Of a stretch of 64,000 nt of DNA, positions 40,632-53,199 are shown piece by piece (position 1 is the first letter of the stretch; each line of letters begins with the position of its first letter). Source of the stretch: Octopus sinensis (taxonomy: Eukaryota). The position numbers and the translations under genes are program-made. Under the pieces are notes generated by a model. That model was not told the DNA's origin. It worked only from the letters and a program-made list of their open reading frames with translations, and did no database searches. Where the stretch lies: positions 71,486,001 through 71,550,000 of the forward strand of contig NC_043008.1 of assembly GCF_006345805.1 (NCBI RefSeq), written 5' to 3'.

Positions 40632-40689
40632 TATATATATATGTATGTATATTATGTATACACTTTGTAAAGAATTTCTGAATTTTTTC

Positions 40690-41180
40690 CAATGCCCTGA
40701 AGGATCACTAGAACTAATTGGCTGTTTCCGTTATCTAAGTGATCTAATTAGTAGTGGAGGGGAGGATTCCGAAAGTATAGAAGCTAATGTAAAACTGCTC
40801 GGAGAAAAAGTTCAGGGACCTACCACCTCTACAGGAAACAAAGGGATTATATTTGCGAGTAAAGGCCTAAGAGCATAATGCTTTCCTACATAGTTTCAAG
40901 TACCAAATCATGGGCAATGACATACGAAAACTATCGAAGCCTGGAAACACTAAGCATTCCTTACTGCATGTAAAGTAGAAATTAATGGATGATAGGCTAG
41001 GAAATAGTAGAGACGAAATTGCGCATAGAATGAAAGGAATGTTGTGTTTATGAGAGATGACTGAGCTAATATGATCATGTAATGCCTATGAAAGAAAAAA
41101 TTAGATAAAAAATAAGTGTCGAATGAGTAAAAAAAGAAGTAACGAAAAGAAGTGAAGGAAACCTGAAGGACTCACAATAT
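40690..41180 (+). mobile_element. RTE-type LINE 3' fragment
   Basis: CPEGSLELIGCFRYLSDLISSGG..ESIEA (FxYLG thumb region), degenerate. Confidence 0.6.
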
Positions 41181-41194
41181 CACAACAAGAAATA

Positions 41195-41374
41195 GTTCTA
41201 TAGTTGAGAGATGAGGAATTATGTACGTTATTTACATTTGACGGATATTTGTCCTCATCTTGTTTATTGTTAACATAACTTTTCGGCTGATGTACTCTCC
41301 AGCCTTCATCAGGTGTCCAGGGGAATTTCGAACCTGGGTTCTCATTCCTAAGGTATTTTCCGATGGTGTTGTTG

Positions 41375-41413
<39 letters not shown>

Positions 41414-41679
41414 TAACTTCCCGGAATCGAACTCGGAAACTTGGGGTTAGTAGCTCGCGCTCTTTACTACTACGCCAGATGCCCATGGGCAATTATGGAG
41501 TGAATTTTAGGGATTATAACTCTAATATTTTCCTATTCTTCCTTAATACCGGTTACCGTATGCTACTCATATCCGCGCTAGGTCTGCTTAAGAGGTTATT
41601 ATATCCTGGCATATGTGCTGTCTCTTTTAGTTTTCGTATTATTTTCATTCCATAATTACCCACGGGTATATATGGCGTA
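41195..41679 (-). mobile_element. tRNA-headed element carrying a hammerhead, with an inverted terminal stub
   Basis: A-box TGGCGTAGTAG (41466-41477), B-box GAGTTCGATTCC (41423-41434), (AAT)n, HHR; 41644-41679 is an inverted copy of 41471-41504. Confidence 0.8.
41272..41318 (-). ncRNA. Minimal type I hammerhead, slightly degenerate
   Basis: GACAC-CTGATGA-A-GGCTG(gagagtacat)CAGCC-GAAA-AGTT-ATGTT. Confidence 0.75.
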
Positions 41680-41882
41680 CACAGACGCACACAAGAACAC
41701 ATACACACAAACACATACAAATACAGTGAGATAAAGAGAGAAAGAGAGGGAGATCATAAAAAGCTTCGCTGGAAGTCTTTGTCCCTCACTTTATATGTTG
41801 TAGCGAAAACTACGGCAAGGAAAATTAACAGAATGTATATATTGTATATATGTATATACACATACGCACGCACGCACATACA

Positions 41883-41925
<43 letters not shown>

Positions 41926-41994
41926 ACATGCACATACACTCACATACACACATGTTCACACACGACCATGGAAACATACACACATGCCTATATA

Positions 41995-42032
<38 letters not shown>

Positions 42033-42189
42033 CGAAACGTATTTGCGCATGCGTGCACACGCCCTGGCGTCTGTGTGCGGAAGTGCTTCAAACACTTAGT
42101 AGATGCAGTAGATGCTAGTTCCGCCTCTTTATATTTTATTCACTCACATAGAAGTAGCATGCTTCATGGCAGCCTTGCAAAACTGTAAT

Positions 42190-42372
42190 TTTACTACACG
42201 TTAAATGCAAGCTTACTGCAATCTTGCTACTACCATACTGCAATTTATTGCATACTTACTGCACGCTTCTTGCAGATAACTGCAGCTTTAATGCAAATAT
42301 ACTTACATTCTTACTCCACATTTACTACAAACTTACTTTATGCTAACTGCTATCTAACTGTTGCATGCTGCA
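42190..42372. repeat. Degenerate ~12 bp minisatellite (CTTACTGCA core)
   Basis: Repeated ttactgca/ttactaca/ctaactgc units. Confidence 0.65.
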
Positions 42373-44062
42373 TTTCAGAGCAGGCAAATATAACACTTGT
42401 CAAATTTTCAGATATATCACTGCTTGAGAACGCATCATAGTGAAAGTCCTTGCAGTAAGACAAACTGCGCCATTTAACAGATATATGTCTTGATAAATTT
42501 GTTCCTGATAAGGCAAAAATGGATGGTTCTTTGGCTAGTTGGAATAGACTATATTCATAAAACTATGAAAGACCCGTTGAGTCATAGAGATTACAGCTTG
42601 TTTTTTCCGCGAGCGCGTGTTGAGGGTTTTTTTTTATACATGTTTGTTACAAAAATGTTGAACATTTAAAATTGTTTTTCAGTACTACATATGGTAAATT
42701 TCATATGAGGGGAATATTTATAGAAGTGCATGTTACATTTTTACATAGTAGTTCCAATATTATGAATTCGAAACCATCATAGGGTTACTCAATACACAAA
42801 CTGTGGGGCGATTCTGACGTTCTACAAATATGTTTTCGTTATGTTATCAAATATCTTATCTATGAATAATATTTCAACTTAGCCTTGAAGGGAATGCGTG
42901 CGAAAGAGGTTTAGTTAGAATGCATTTCATTCACTTATCCCCTTAACATAAAATATTTTGTCTTTGAAATTATTAAAAACACATAACTATATCTTAGTTA
43001 ACTGGTGACGATGAAAACAGACACATCCGGCATCTACATGTCTATGAATTCAGAATCATACAAAATTCTTAGCGAAGACTTGAGAGTTCTAAATTGAAAA
43101 CCGGACAAGAATTTTACAATCACCTCGCGTTTGAAGCTTCGGATATTACAAATTAATAATGCAACCTCTTCTTTGTTTAATTATTTTGTCGGTTCATACA
43201 TACGAATATACGTACATACATACACACACATACACACAAGCACACACTCACATACACTTAAGTATGTGTATATATATGTATACGCCTTCCAAATTAACTC
43301 TTTCTGAAGCCAAACGCTTTCCTTTCTCTAAAGTCCTTGAGTTCATTACCTGATACCATTCGTAAGAACATGCAACAATCTTGCATTGAAATTTAAGATT
43401 TCTAATAACGGCTAAATTTTGTGCTTTTGTTTATGAACAATCAATTCACTCTAATAGGTCATAGGATTTTTCGAAACACTATCCGAGAACCATCTCATTG
43501 GACACTGCCCTAGGGCTAAGTAGCGACTCTTGAGACCCAGTAGGTGTCGGTCTGAGAGTTAGGATTCATCTTAACTATTGCAATTTGTTTGTTGGTGATG
43601 TGGAGTCCAAACGTTTTGTCCAATGCACTCACAACTTGAAATTTGTGTTTATGTAATACATATATATATACATACATACACACACACACACATATATATA
43701 TATATGTTTACATATGTGTATGTGTGTGTGCGCGAGTGTTTGTGTATGGATGTGCGTATGTGAATTCGCACGCAGGAAGTAACTTGTTCTTATATTAATT
43801 TATTGGTTGTCAAAGGTATTTTTTTTCATTACTACACTCTACCGAGATATAGATTGTTAGACAACACACCTACATAATTTGGCTCTAACTTTGTCGTCAG
43901 AGAAAGAATGGACAGCGGTATCTGTTATTGTCTTCAAAGCTGCTTCGAGTTCTTTCACTGTGCATCTTCCTAAACTATCATAAACTCATGAAATTATTTA
44001 TATTTGCCATTTTGTTTCAAATTCATTGGATGTCCAGCAAGAAGCATACTGAAATCATGCAA

Positions 44063-44832
44063 GGCAGCGAGCTGGCAGAAGCGTTAGCACGCCGGGCGAA
44101 ATGCGTAGCCGTATTTCGTCTGCCGTTACGTTCTGGTTCAAATTCCGCCGAGGTCGACTTTGCCTTTCATCCTTTCGGGGTCGATAAATTAAGTACCAGT
44201 TACGCACTGGAGTCGATATAATCGACTTAATCTGTTTCTCTGTCCTTGTTTGTCCCCTCTGTGTTTAGCCCCTTGTGGGTAGTAAAGAAATAGGTATTTC
44301 GTCTGCCGCTACGTTCTGAGTTCAAATTCTGCCGAGGTCAACTTTGCTTTTCATCCTTTCGGGGTCGATTAAATAAGTACCAGTTACGCACTGGAGTCGA
44401 TATAATCGACTTAATCCGTTTGTTTGTCCTTGCTCGTCCTCCCTGTGTTTAGCCCCTTGTGAGTAGTAAAGAAATAGGTATTTCGTCTTCTTTAAGTTCT
44501 GAGTTCAAATTCCGCCGACGTCGACTTTGCTTTCATCCTTTAGGGGTCGATAAACTAAATACCAGTTGCGTAATGGGGTTGATCTAATCGACTGGCACCT
44601 TCCCCAAAGATGTCGGTCCTTATGTCTAAAGCAGAAAAAAAAGAATATTTTTATTAATCATGGCGGCATTTCGTCTGCCTTTACGTTCTGGGTTCAAATG
44701 CCTCATGGGTCGACTTTGCCTTTCACCTTCCCGGGGTCGATAAATTAAATACCTATTACGCACTGGGGTCGATGTAATCGACTCATCCCTTTCACCCAAA
44801 TTTTAGGCCTTCTGCCTGTAGTGGAAAGAATT
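44063..44832 (+). mobile_element. Tandem array of four SINE family A units
   Basis: Units restart at GG(T/C)ATTTCGTCT at 44293, 44477 and 44665; only the first has the 5' head. Confidence 0.9.
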
Positions 44833-46619
44833 ATTTTCATTAATCATAACATAGCGTTTATTTTTATAAATATCCACCAAACCGATTTACTTCTTAAACA
44901 AGAAATTTGATTGCTAATTTTATATTTTGCTTCAGGGATTGATTTTTCATCGTATCTTTTAGGACATTTATATTCTCGTATTATTACTCTTATGTTAATT
45001 AAACAGTTAAAGAGTAGTTGTATGATAAGAAAAAGAAAAGATTTGTTAAAATCTGATGTCGCAAAAACTATCAACGCCAAATAGCATTGTAATACTGAAA
45101 TATGGTAAATCCTATTCGCTCATTGTTTCTTTGTGGTTCACTTGTTTTTATTGAACAATTAATTATTTTAACAATAAGAGAGGTTATTATTGGTTTGGTG
45201 ATCTGCAATTTCATTTTTAATAAAAGCATATTAATCTACCATACTCAATTTCAATTTTCTTTTTTTAATAGCAGAAATGTTAGAAATTTCTTTAAACGCA
45301 AAGAAAATGTAACTATGACTGTTTGGGGGATTGGTACTTGTGCGTAAAAAGCACACAGAGGGAAGAACTATTACGATATAATGAACGCATTAATGTTGCG
45401 GCTATACGCAACATAAACCAATAAAAGAAAAAAATAAGTTGTCACTAGTTGTAACTGAGGTGTATAGGGTAGCACCTACATTGCTAAAAATAAGAGTTAA
45501 AAACCCTTAGAACCCCAAGGAAGCATAGTTTCATACGCTGACAGGGGACATAATCGCTCCACAGTGAGCCAGCTTACTATACCATACTAAACTATGTATA
45601 TATACATATGTGTGTGTGTTATGTGTGTGTGTGTGTGTGTGTGTGCGTATATATGTATGTATTCATGTATGTATGTATTAATGTATGTATGTATGGGTAT
45701 ACACTTGCATATGGTGTTTGTGTGAGTCTGTGCGTACATATCTAAATATAAATAGCTGTAAATGTCAAAATTTAAGTATTCATATATTTCTGTTCGTATC
45801 GCTTCTTCGTTCCCACATTTCCTCGCCTCTGTAATTTCTCCTACCCCACGACGGGTTTTACTTTTCATACTCCCTCTAGAACTCCGTCGGCTCGGTCAAA
45901 ACATATCTAATAACGTAAACATTGGTGATGTCACATGCTTACTGATGTTATATGCTTCTTTTTTTGATACACTGAGTAGCTGCAGAATTTCATCCATGAA
46001 AAATCCCAGTAAGGCGTCGAGTGTTTAAAATCAATGAATAACTGCAAACCAGAAAGTATTAAGTATGACACATATTTAATATATGTTTTCCCTGAACAAA
46101 ACTCCGCAGCTAATAAGCGTATATACGAAACACATGCCTTAAGAATGTGACATTAGTTTACATTATTACAGTTGCTTGTAATTCAAACTTAATTTTGTTC
46201 TACTGTAGCATCACTTTTACTCATTACAATATAGATTTTACGCTATCTGCATATGTAATTCAGACAAAAGATTAGCATTCATTTCAAGGTGACTTCTATA
46301 TATATTGCCAATAAGCTGAATTACCAGCGAAATACCGATATCCACCATTCTTATTCACCCTCAGAACTATTCGCTATTCAGCGCTTTTTAATACTGAACT
46401 TCTTAAAGGTGTATTTCCGTGACAAATTGTCGCAACTACTAAGTATACATATTTTTTTGTATGTGTGTATCTGTAAGATTGTGGGTAGTTAGTATGTTTT
46501 GCACATCAGGGAGTACTCATTGGGGATGGTAGCACATGTGTATGAGTGATGTACCTGTATGTGAGTATGTATAACTGACTGTATGTGTTGAGTCCAAATG
46601 GCGTATTTCAGTACATATA

Positions 46620-46802
46620 CAGGTGGTGGCGATCCCTGCTGTACTCTTTCGCCACAACTTTCTCTCACTCTTTCTTCTGTTGGCCTGCTCACTTAGCCAG
46701 CGGGGTGGCGTCGTTTGAAGGCTAAAACAATGCGAAGCGCATTCTGACCAGCGATGTGTAACAACATCTGATAGCCTGGTCGGTCACGGTGATCACGGTG
46801 AT
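46620..46802 (+). mobile_element. Short retroposon 3' end with (CACGGTGAT)2 tail
   Basis: GC-richer island ending in a tandem tail then (TA)n; family assignment from recollection only. Confidence 0.5.
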
Positions 46803-46911
46803 ATATATATATAGGCAAGGAAAAATTATAAAAAGGCAGAATGCTAATTTGAAGGTAAATTTTAATGAAAATGGGTGTATGGAAAATGAAAAAATATTTT
46901 TTTTAAATATT

Positions 46912-46953
46912 AACTCTAACCGGTTTTCGCCGCAATGCAACTTTTCAAGAATT
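46912..46953 (-). ncRNA. Type I hammerhead ribozyme, U3-A8 core variant
   Basis: AATTC-TTGAAAA-GTTGC(att)GCGGC-GAAA-ACCGGT-TA-GAGTT; palindromic AACCGGTT helix III, UUA triplet. Confidence 0.75.
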
Positions 46954-47166
46954 GTAAGGTGAAAAGAAGATATATATATATATATGTTTGTGTATATATA
47001 TATATACACATTATGTATGTAAGTATAGTTTCCACTGAACTGAATGAGGGTGCTAGTCTGCACCTAGCATTGCTAGAAATAAGAATGAAACAGCTCTTAG
47101 AGGCGTGGGAGCACCTTTAAAACGACTGGCAAGAAAGACAACCCCCCCCTACGGTAAGCGAGATGT

Positions 47167-47214
47167 AGTTATATCAACGCTGATTTCAGATTTGACTTAT
47201 CTTCATCAGTGACC
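47167..47214 (-). ncRNA. Type I hammerhead ribozyme within a ~540 bp (TA)n-flanked element (~47015-47555)
   Basis: GGTCA-CTGATGA-AGAT(aagtcaa)ATCT-GAAA-TCAGCGTTGA-TA-TAACT; AUA triplet. Confidence 0.8.
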
Positions 47215-47555
47215 CATTCTTCAGTTGCTGAGGGCTACAACAATAATTTGCCTTGTCAATCATATAGAGAACAACATAGGAAACATTGATACCGAAAATA
47301 GTGAAGCGTATATCATAGATTATTAATGTGGCTATTCACAATTTACAACCGAAAGAGAACAAGTATAATTATCACTAAATTGACTAAGGATGCTTGTCAG
47401 CACCAAGATTGCTAGAAGAGTTAAAACATCTTTAAGCTAGGTGAGAGCACTTTCCTAACGACTAACAAGGGAAACAAGTTGCCTCTCAATCACTTTAGTA
47501 ACGACTACACTTGTTATTTTTCGTTTGTAAATTGCGGATGGCCATCTTAATAATT

Positions 47556-47596
<41 letters not shown>

Positions 47597-47944
47597 CGTG
47601 CACGTGTACAAGTATGTGCATAAGCGCATGAATAAACAGTATGGTGTTTCACTACGAATATTTAAAAGCATATACGATCGCCATCACTGAAATTACCGAC
47701 ATGTTGTTCCACTGATTGCCTGTCTGTTAACCAGGTAAAGACAACCGATATTACTCCGATGATGTGAATGCGTCTCTAAGTGAGTTACATTAAATCAAGC
47801 AATTTTGGCTTCTAAGAGATAATGTATCATAGGTTACCTGGCGAAACATAAGCAGATGTAAGTCAGTGCATTTGTATTCGGTAACTCATTTAGTCTTCAC
47901 AATTTATTCCATCGATATGTATAGATATCTTATGCATTTCACCT

Positions 47945-48362
47945 TTTATCTTTCACTTGTTTCAGTCGTTGGACCGCTGCCATGCTGGGGCACCGGCTCC
48001 GCAGTGTTAGTCGAAAAACATCAACGCATTCATGTAATTTCTGAGTCTTGTTCATATTGAAGACTTTCCATATGCCGAAGCGGTATGTCACAGGGAGGTA
48101 AACGAACCATCAAAGTTTGTTAAGTGGTGGTGGGGAACAAACGCAAACAGGAACATACACGCATAAATACACACATACAAACATACAACGTATACACACA
48201 CACACACACAAACAAACACACACACACGTATATACTCGACCAGTTTCTTTCAGTTTGTGTGTACAAAATTCCCCGATAAAGATTTGGTCAGGTTCAGAGG
48301 GACTGAATCCGTAACCGTATGGTTCAGAAGAAAAGCAAGCTTCTCCCGCATAACTACGCTAG
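47945..48362 (-). mobile_element. SINE family B, degenerate
   Basis: CTTGTTTCAGTC..CCATGCTGGGGCACC tail, (CA)n middle, decayed tRNA-like head. Confidence 0.65.
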
Positions 48363-48557
48363 CACCGTACTCTCTCTCTCTCTGTCCCACTTTTTCTCTC
48401 ACTTTCTCCCCCTCTCTCTCCCTTTCTCTCTATCTGTATGTATATATATATAATATATATATATATGTATGTATGTATTGTGTGTGGGTGCGTGAGTGCC
48501 TGTACGCATGTCAGAACGGCATTCTTTTCGTCAGAAACGTAGATATAATTTTTTATC

Positions 48558-48685
48558 AAAGAAACCGATAGAATAAGTACTAGGCTTACAAAGAATAAGT
48601 ACTGGGGTCGATTCGCTCGACTAAAGGCGGTGCTCCACCATGGCCGCTAACAAATGATTAAAACAAGTAAAAGAGTAAAAGAGAG
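48558..48685 (+). mobile_element. SINE family B tail
   Basis: GAAACCGATAGAATAAGTACTAGGC..AAGTAAAAGAGTAAAAGAG. Confidence 0.85.
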
Positions 48686-48993
48686 GGCTATATTCAAAAA
48701 TATACCTATACATATCAAAGTTGTTTTATATTCTATAATTTTCACAGACAATAAATACGATATTATTTGTTATTGCCTGAGATTTTGGTGTAATTTGAGA
48801 GGATAATACAAAAGTTATAGATGATTTAGTGATTTACTGAAAAAACCATGGCGGTCAAAATGATCAGAACGGTTGCTTTTACTCCGTGTTTTAGTATATT
48901 TAACCGGCGAACTCTAATGTTTTGAATTTGTTTACGTGGCGGTTCGTTTACTAAACATTAGTAAGAATATTTGCAGTGTACTTTGTTTATATA

Positions 48994-49872
48994 ATGCCAC
49001 TTACTCCGTTACCAATTCGTCAGTAGATTATTAAACTTCGAAGGAAGGATAATTTAAGTATTGGATCTATTGCACAGATTGTTAACAAGTCAAAAAGTGT
49101 TCTACACGGTATTCTTGAGGTCTACGATGATTGTGGTTCGTGTGAAGCAAGAAAGTTTACAGGTAGTCCAAGAAAAATGACCAAGAGAGAAGATCGTGCT
49201 ATGGTAAAGTTGGTTAAAAAGGACAGATTTAAAACTGCTGCTGCTGTTTCTCGGAAAATGAGCATTGTATTGAAGAAAACTTTATCTCGAAAAACTGTGT
49301 CTCGTCGTTTAGTTGAACATGATCTACAAGCAAGAGCACCTGCAGTGAAGCCACTGATCAGCTCCAAAAATAAAAAGTGTCGTCTTACCTTTGCAACCGA
49401 ACATGTGTTGTGGTCTCAAGAAAAATGGCAAACGGTGCATTTCAGTGATGAATCTAAGTTAATGTTATTTGGCTCAGATGGGAAAAGGTACGTTCGTAGA
49501 AAAGTAGGTGAAAAGTTGTCGCCTAAATGCCTTAAGACTAGTGTTAAATTCGGTGGAGGAAGTGTCATAGTTTGGGGAATGATATCTGGAGATGGTGTGG
49601 GCCCTTTGGTGCGATTACATGGAAAGGTAAATGCAGGAGTTTATAAACAACTTGTAAAAGATCATGTCTTTCCTGTGCTGAGAAATTCAACTAAGCGACC
49701 ACCCATATTCATGCAGGACAATGCCCCATGTCACAAGGCTAAGGTGGTCATGAACTTCCTCAAGGCTGAAAAGGTTATTCTTATGGATTGGCCTGCTCAA
49801 AGCCCAGATCTCAATCCTATTGAAAACGTATGGAATATTCTAGGAGAACGTTCGAAAGCGAGAAATCCTAAA
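48994..49872 (+). pseudogene. Tc1 DD34E transposase pseudogene
   Basis: In-frame ATG at 48994, premature TAG at codon 11, GSPR (GRPR-like), FSDESK, KFGGGSVIVWG, FMQDNAPCH, SPDLNPIE with exactly 34 residues between D and E; homology lost after ..ARNPK (3' truncated). Confidence 0.92.
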
Positions 49873-50121
49873 TACTTACATCTATATGCAAATGCTTGCA
49901 TTTATGCAGCCATACAATATGTAAACATTACAAGTATGTGGATGCAAACAGGAAGAATAAGACTCAAAATATGACTAAAGGCATATTTTCATTAATATTA
50001 ATCAGAAGCAACAGAATGATTCATGGTCCGAGAGTTTTGTGCGTTGGTAATTATTATAAAGTTTACTTCTGCTAAATATTGGTAAAAATCTATGTAAGCA
50101 TTTCTCTCTCTTTCTCTCTCT

Positions 50122-50188
<67 letters not shown>

Positions 50189-50212
50189 CAGGTATATTTT
50201 TGAATATAGCCC

Positions 50213-50385
50213 TCTCTTTTACTCTTTTACTTGTTTCAATCATTTGCCAGCGGCCATGGTGGAGCACTGCTTTTAGTCGAGCGAATCGATCCCAGTACTT
50301 ATTCTTTGTAAGCCTAGTACTTATTCTATCGGTTTCTTTTGCCGAACCGCTATGTTACGGATACATAAACACACCAGCATCGGAT
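50213..50385 (-). mobile_element. SINE family B tail
   Basis: Reverse complement of 48558-48685, extending further into the element. Confidence 0.85.
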
Positions 50386-51646
50386 TCCCAGACATCGTAT
50401 TTTTGTTGGCCCTTAGTCCTTATCAATGGGAAATACCATGGAGAGGCAACTCTGGACAGATTTTCTTAAGGCTTTAACTGAAATACTATACAGTCAACAA
50501 CATTGCCTTATTTGTGCCAATAGACCGGCAGAGTTTAGGCAGTGTTACTTAAAATAAGTTTATGACATATTTCAACTGCTAAAAGAAAAATTCACTACAG
50601 TTACCTTGGAGAAAAAAATCATGAACTAGAACTTCAATCTTCATTCACTCGAGCGCCGTTGACTGTTTAGTTATACATTATGGTATTCCTGGAAAGTAGA
50701 AGACAGATATCGAAATCATTTAGCCCGAAAACTCTGCATGTATGTCTGATAGTATTATTGATACAATGAATATATGTTTGTATATATCATCCAATATCAG
50801 CTGTAGGATGAAAAATTAATCCGCAATACATAAATGTTCAATGTATCTAGAGTACTTAGAACATTTATGTAATTGTATCAGATCTTTGTATTTTGAGCCC
50901 TGTCGAGATCAACTTTGCGTTCAATATAAAACACTACTCAAGTAACGAGATCTAGTTAGTTGGTTGTTGATACATATCTCTTTGAAGTGACAGTCAGGCG
51001 AAAGCAGAATGCCGTGTCTCATTATCATCTATCCGTAACCTTCTGCATTAGTGCCAACATACTATATACTTGTAGATTAATCTTTGTCGAAACGTGTCAT
51101 ATCGCATTAAGTAATATAGTGATTGCTAAACCAAGGGAGAAAAAATAACTAAAGATGGCTTTTGTTAGAATCACTTCATTAAAAGTTTTGGTCCACCAGA
51201 GATAAACGCTGAAATCAGATTTTCTTCAAAACATGTAAGCTTAAATACATTGTAAATGTGATGGTCATGGCTTGAACATATTTGAGTAAAGATCAACCCA
51301 AAGAGTTGCCGCCTGATTAGTAAGAATAACTCTATAGATCTACATGACTTTGTGGATGTGCATGTGGATGTGGATGTGAGTATGCGTGTGTATCGTATTA
51401 TTGTTTCGGTATAAACGCATCACTTCTACTTGTAATAACCTGAGTCGGACACAGAAGAAGATTACTATCCACATATAGATATAGACATCCAGTCGATCTA
51501 TACTACTGTTGTATGGATTATATTCAACGGCAAGGCATGGATACTGAACTATAAATAACCACATAGCCACACCCAAATATACATACATATATATCTGTGA
51601 CTTTATCTGTTCATGCGTTTTGTAACTATTGATATGTGTGGATGTA

Positions 51647-51679
<33 letters not shown>

Positions 51680-53081
51680 ATATGCAAGCCAGCAGAGATG
51701 AGTTGAATGCGCTACGAAATAGTTTAAACACATTACATTGTTATATGTTGATCGACGGAACTTTGTAGACGACAATGATTAGAAATAGAGAAGATTTATG
51801 ACTGGAGATAGAGGCTATTTCTGTGTCAGGAAAACAACATTGTGATATTGAATAGATAAACTTATTGGTTAGTTACATTTGGACAGTAAATAGCATCAAT
51901 GGAAGCTGTCTGGGCCGGAGATATCGATAATTGAGCGATTGTTTTCATGTTCTGATCAACGTATCATTGCATTCTCTTCGAAACAACTTCAAGTATTATA
52001 TATGTGTATGTATTTTGGCAAACAATAGAAAAGTGCACTCTATCTAATACTTGGGTGTAAATATATATATATTACAGTGGTGAATTTACTCTGTTACTAC
52101 TCAGAATTTCGCTGGACCTGTTGTTCAAGTGCCTCCTTTATAACAGAGAAGATATGTATCATTATGTACAAAATGCTTAAGAATAACGTAATTGGGATAA
52201 ATGTACAATAATTTATGCCTAGGGTTTAAATCACGAGTAAATAATTTAATGACAGAAAAGGGAAGCACGACCTTTTTATGCCCAGGTATCTAGCATCGTA
52301 GCTATGACGTGGGTGTATTAATATTGAAAAGATACATAAATCTACACATTCATGTAAATATAAATTAACAATGTGCTACGCGTCTCTTAGAATTATTTGC
52401 ATTAACTTAACCGATTTCAGAATATTAGTAAGTGAAAGTATTAACAACATTAGGAGCTGCGAGATTCGTACAAAATAGAACTGTGAACCAATCTGTGAAT
52501 ACTAGAATTAATCACATTTGTATTCTCATTTCTACATATATACACATTTCTGTTTCTCGCTTATGCATTAACAAACATATTTTTTTATATAATTCACAGA
52601 CGAACACGTAGAAGCCTCTACACGAAAACAAAATCAAAAGAGAAGGATAAACAGATAATGATTACATTGAAGTGTTGAATGTTTCTACCATGTACCACTA
52701 TAATCCAGACACACAGAAGTAATAAAATAAATATATGAGTTATGGAGGAAGAGTAAATAAAGGTGTAAAGAAAAACAAAATGTATTTGCAAATGTTCAAC
52801 GGTATGTCCTACCAGAAGAGAAAGTTCCGAAATCGAAAGAGACAAACTCATACAGTAAAAATCAAATGTAATACAAATTCCCCACGACATGTCCTCTACA
52901 GGTTGGATATCCAACAGAAGAAAACAACTCGCATTACACACACAACGCTAATACAAAAAATATTCAGTCCAAACTCATATCAAAACATATGTATGAATAC
53001 GTATGTGTATAATCGCCCTAACATTAATCAGAATAATAATAAGTCTAGTGGCTTCAAAGATAAAGTGATACATAACCCCTC

Positions 53082-53082
<1 letters not shown>

Positions 53083-53158
<76 letters not shown>

Positions 53159-53198
53159 TAATAATGATAATAATAATAATAATGAAAATAACAACAAC
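53083..53198. repeat. (AAT)n microsatellite
   Basis: Direct inspection. Confidence 0.95.
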
Positions 53199-53199
53199 A

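Noticed and set aside
41410-41484. Functional tRNA gene
   Set aside because: A/B boxes are present but the acceptor and anticodon stems do not pair; it is a SINE-like head.
44063-44832. CRISPR-like or tRNA gene array
   Set aside because: Units are ~184 bp SINE bodies without unique spacers or full cloverleafs; eukaryotic context.
49177-49974. 265 aa ORF as an active transposase gene
   Set aside because: The likely true start is upstream (48994) with an in-frame stop, and the C-terminus runs into unrelated sequence.
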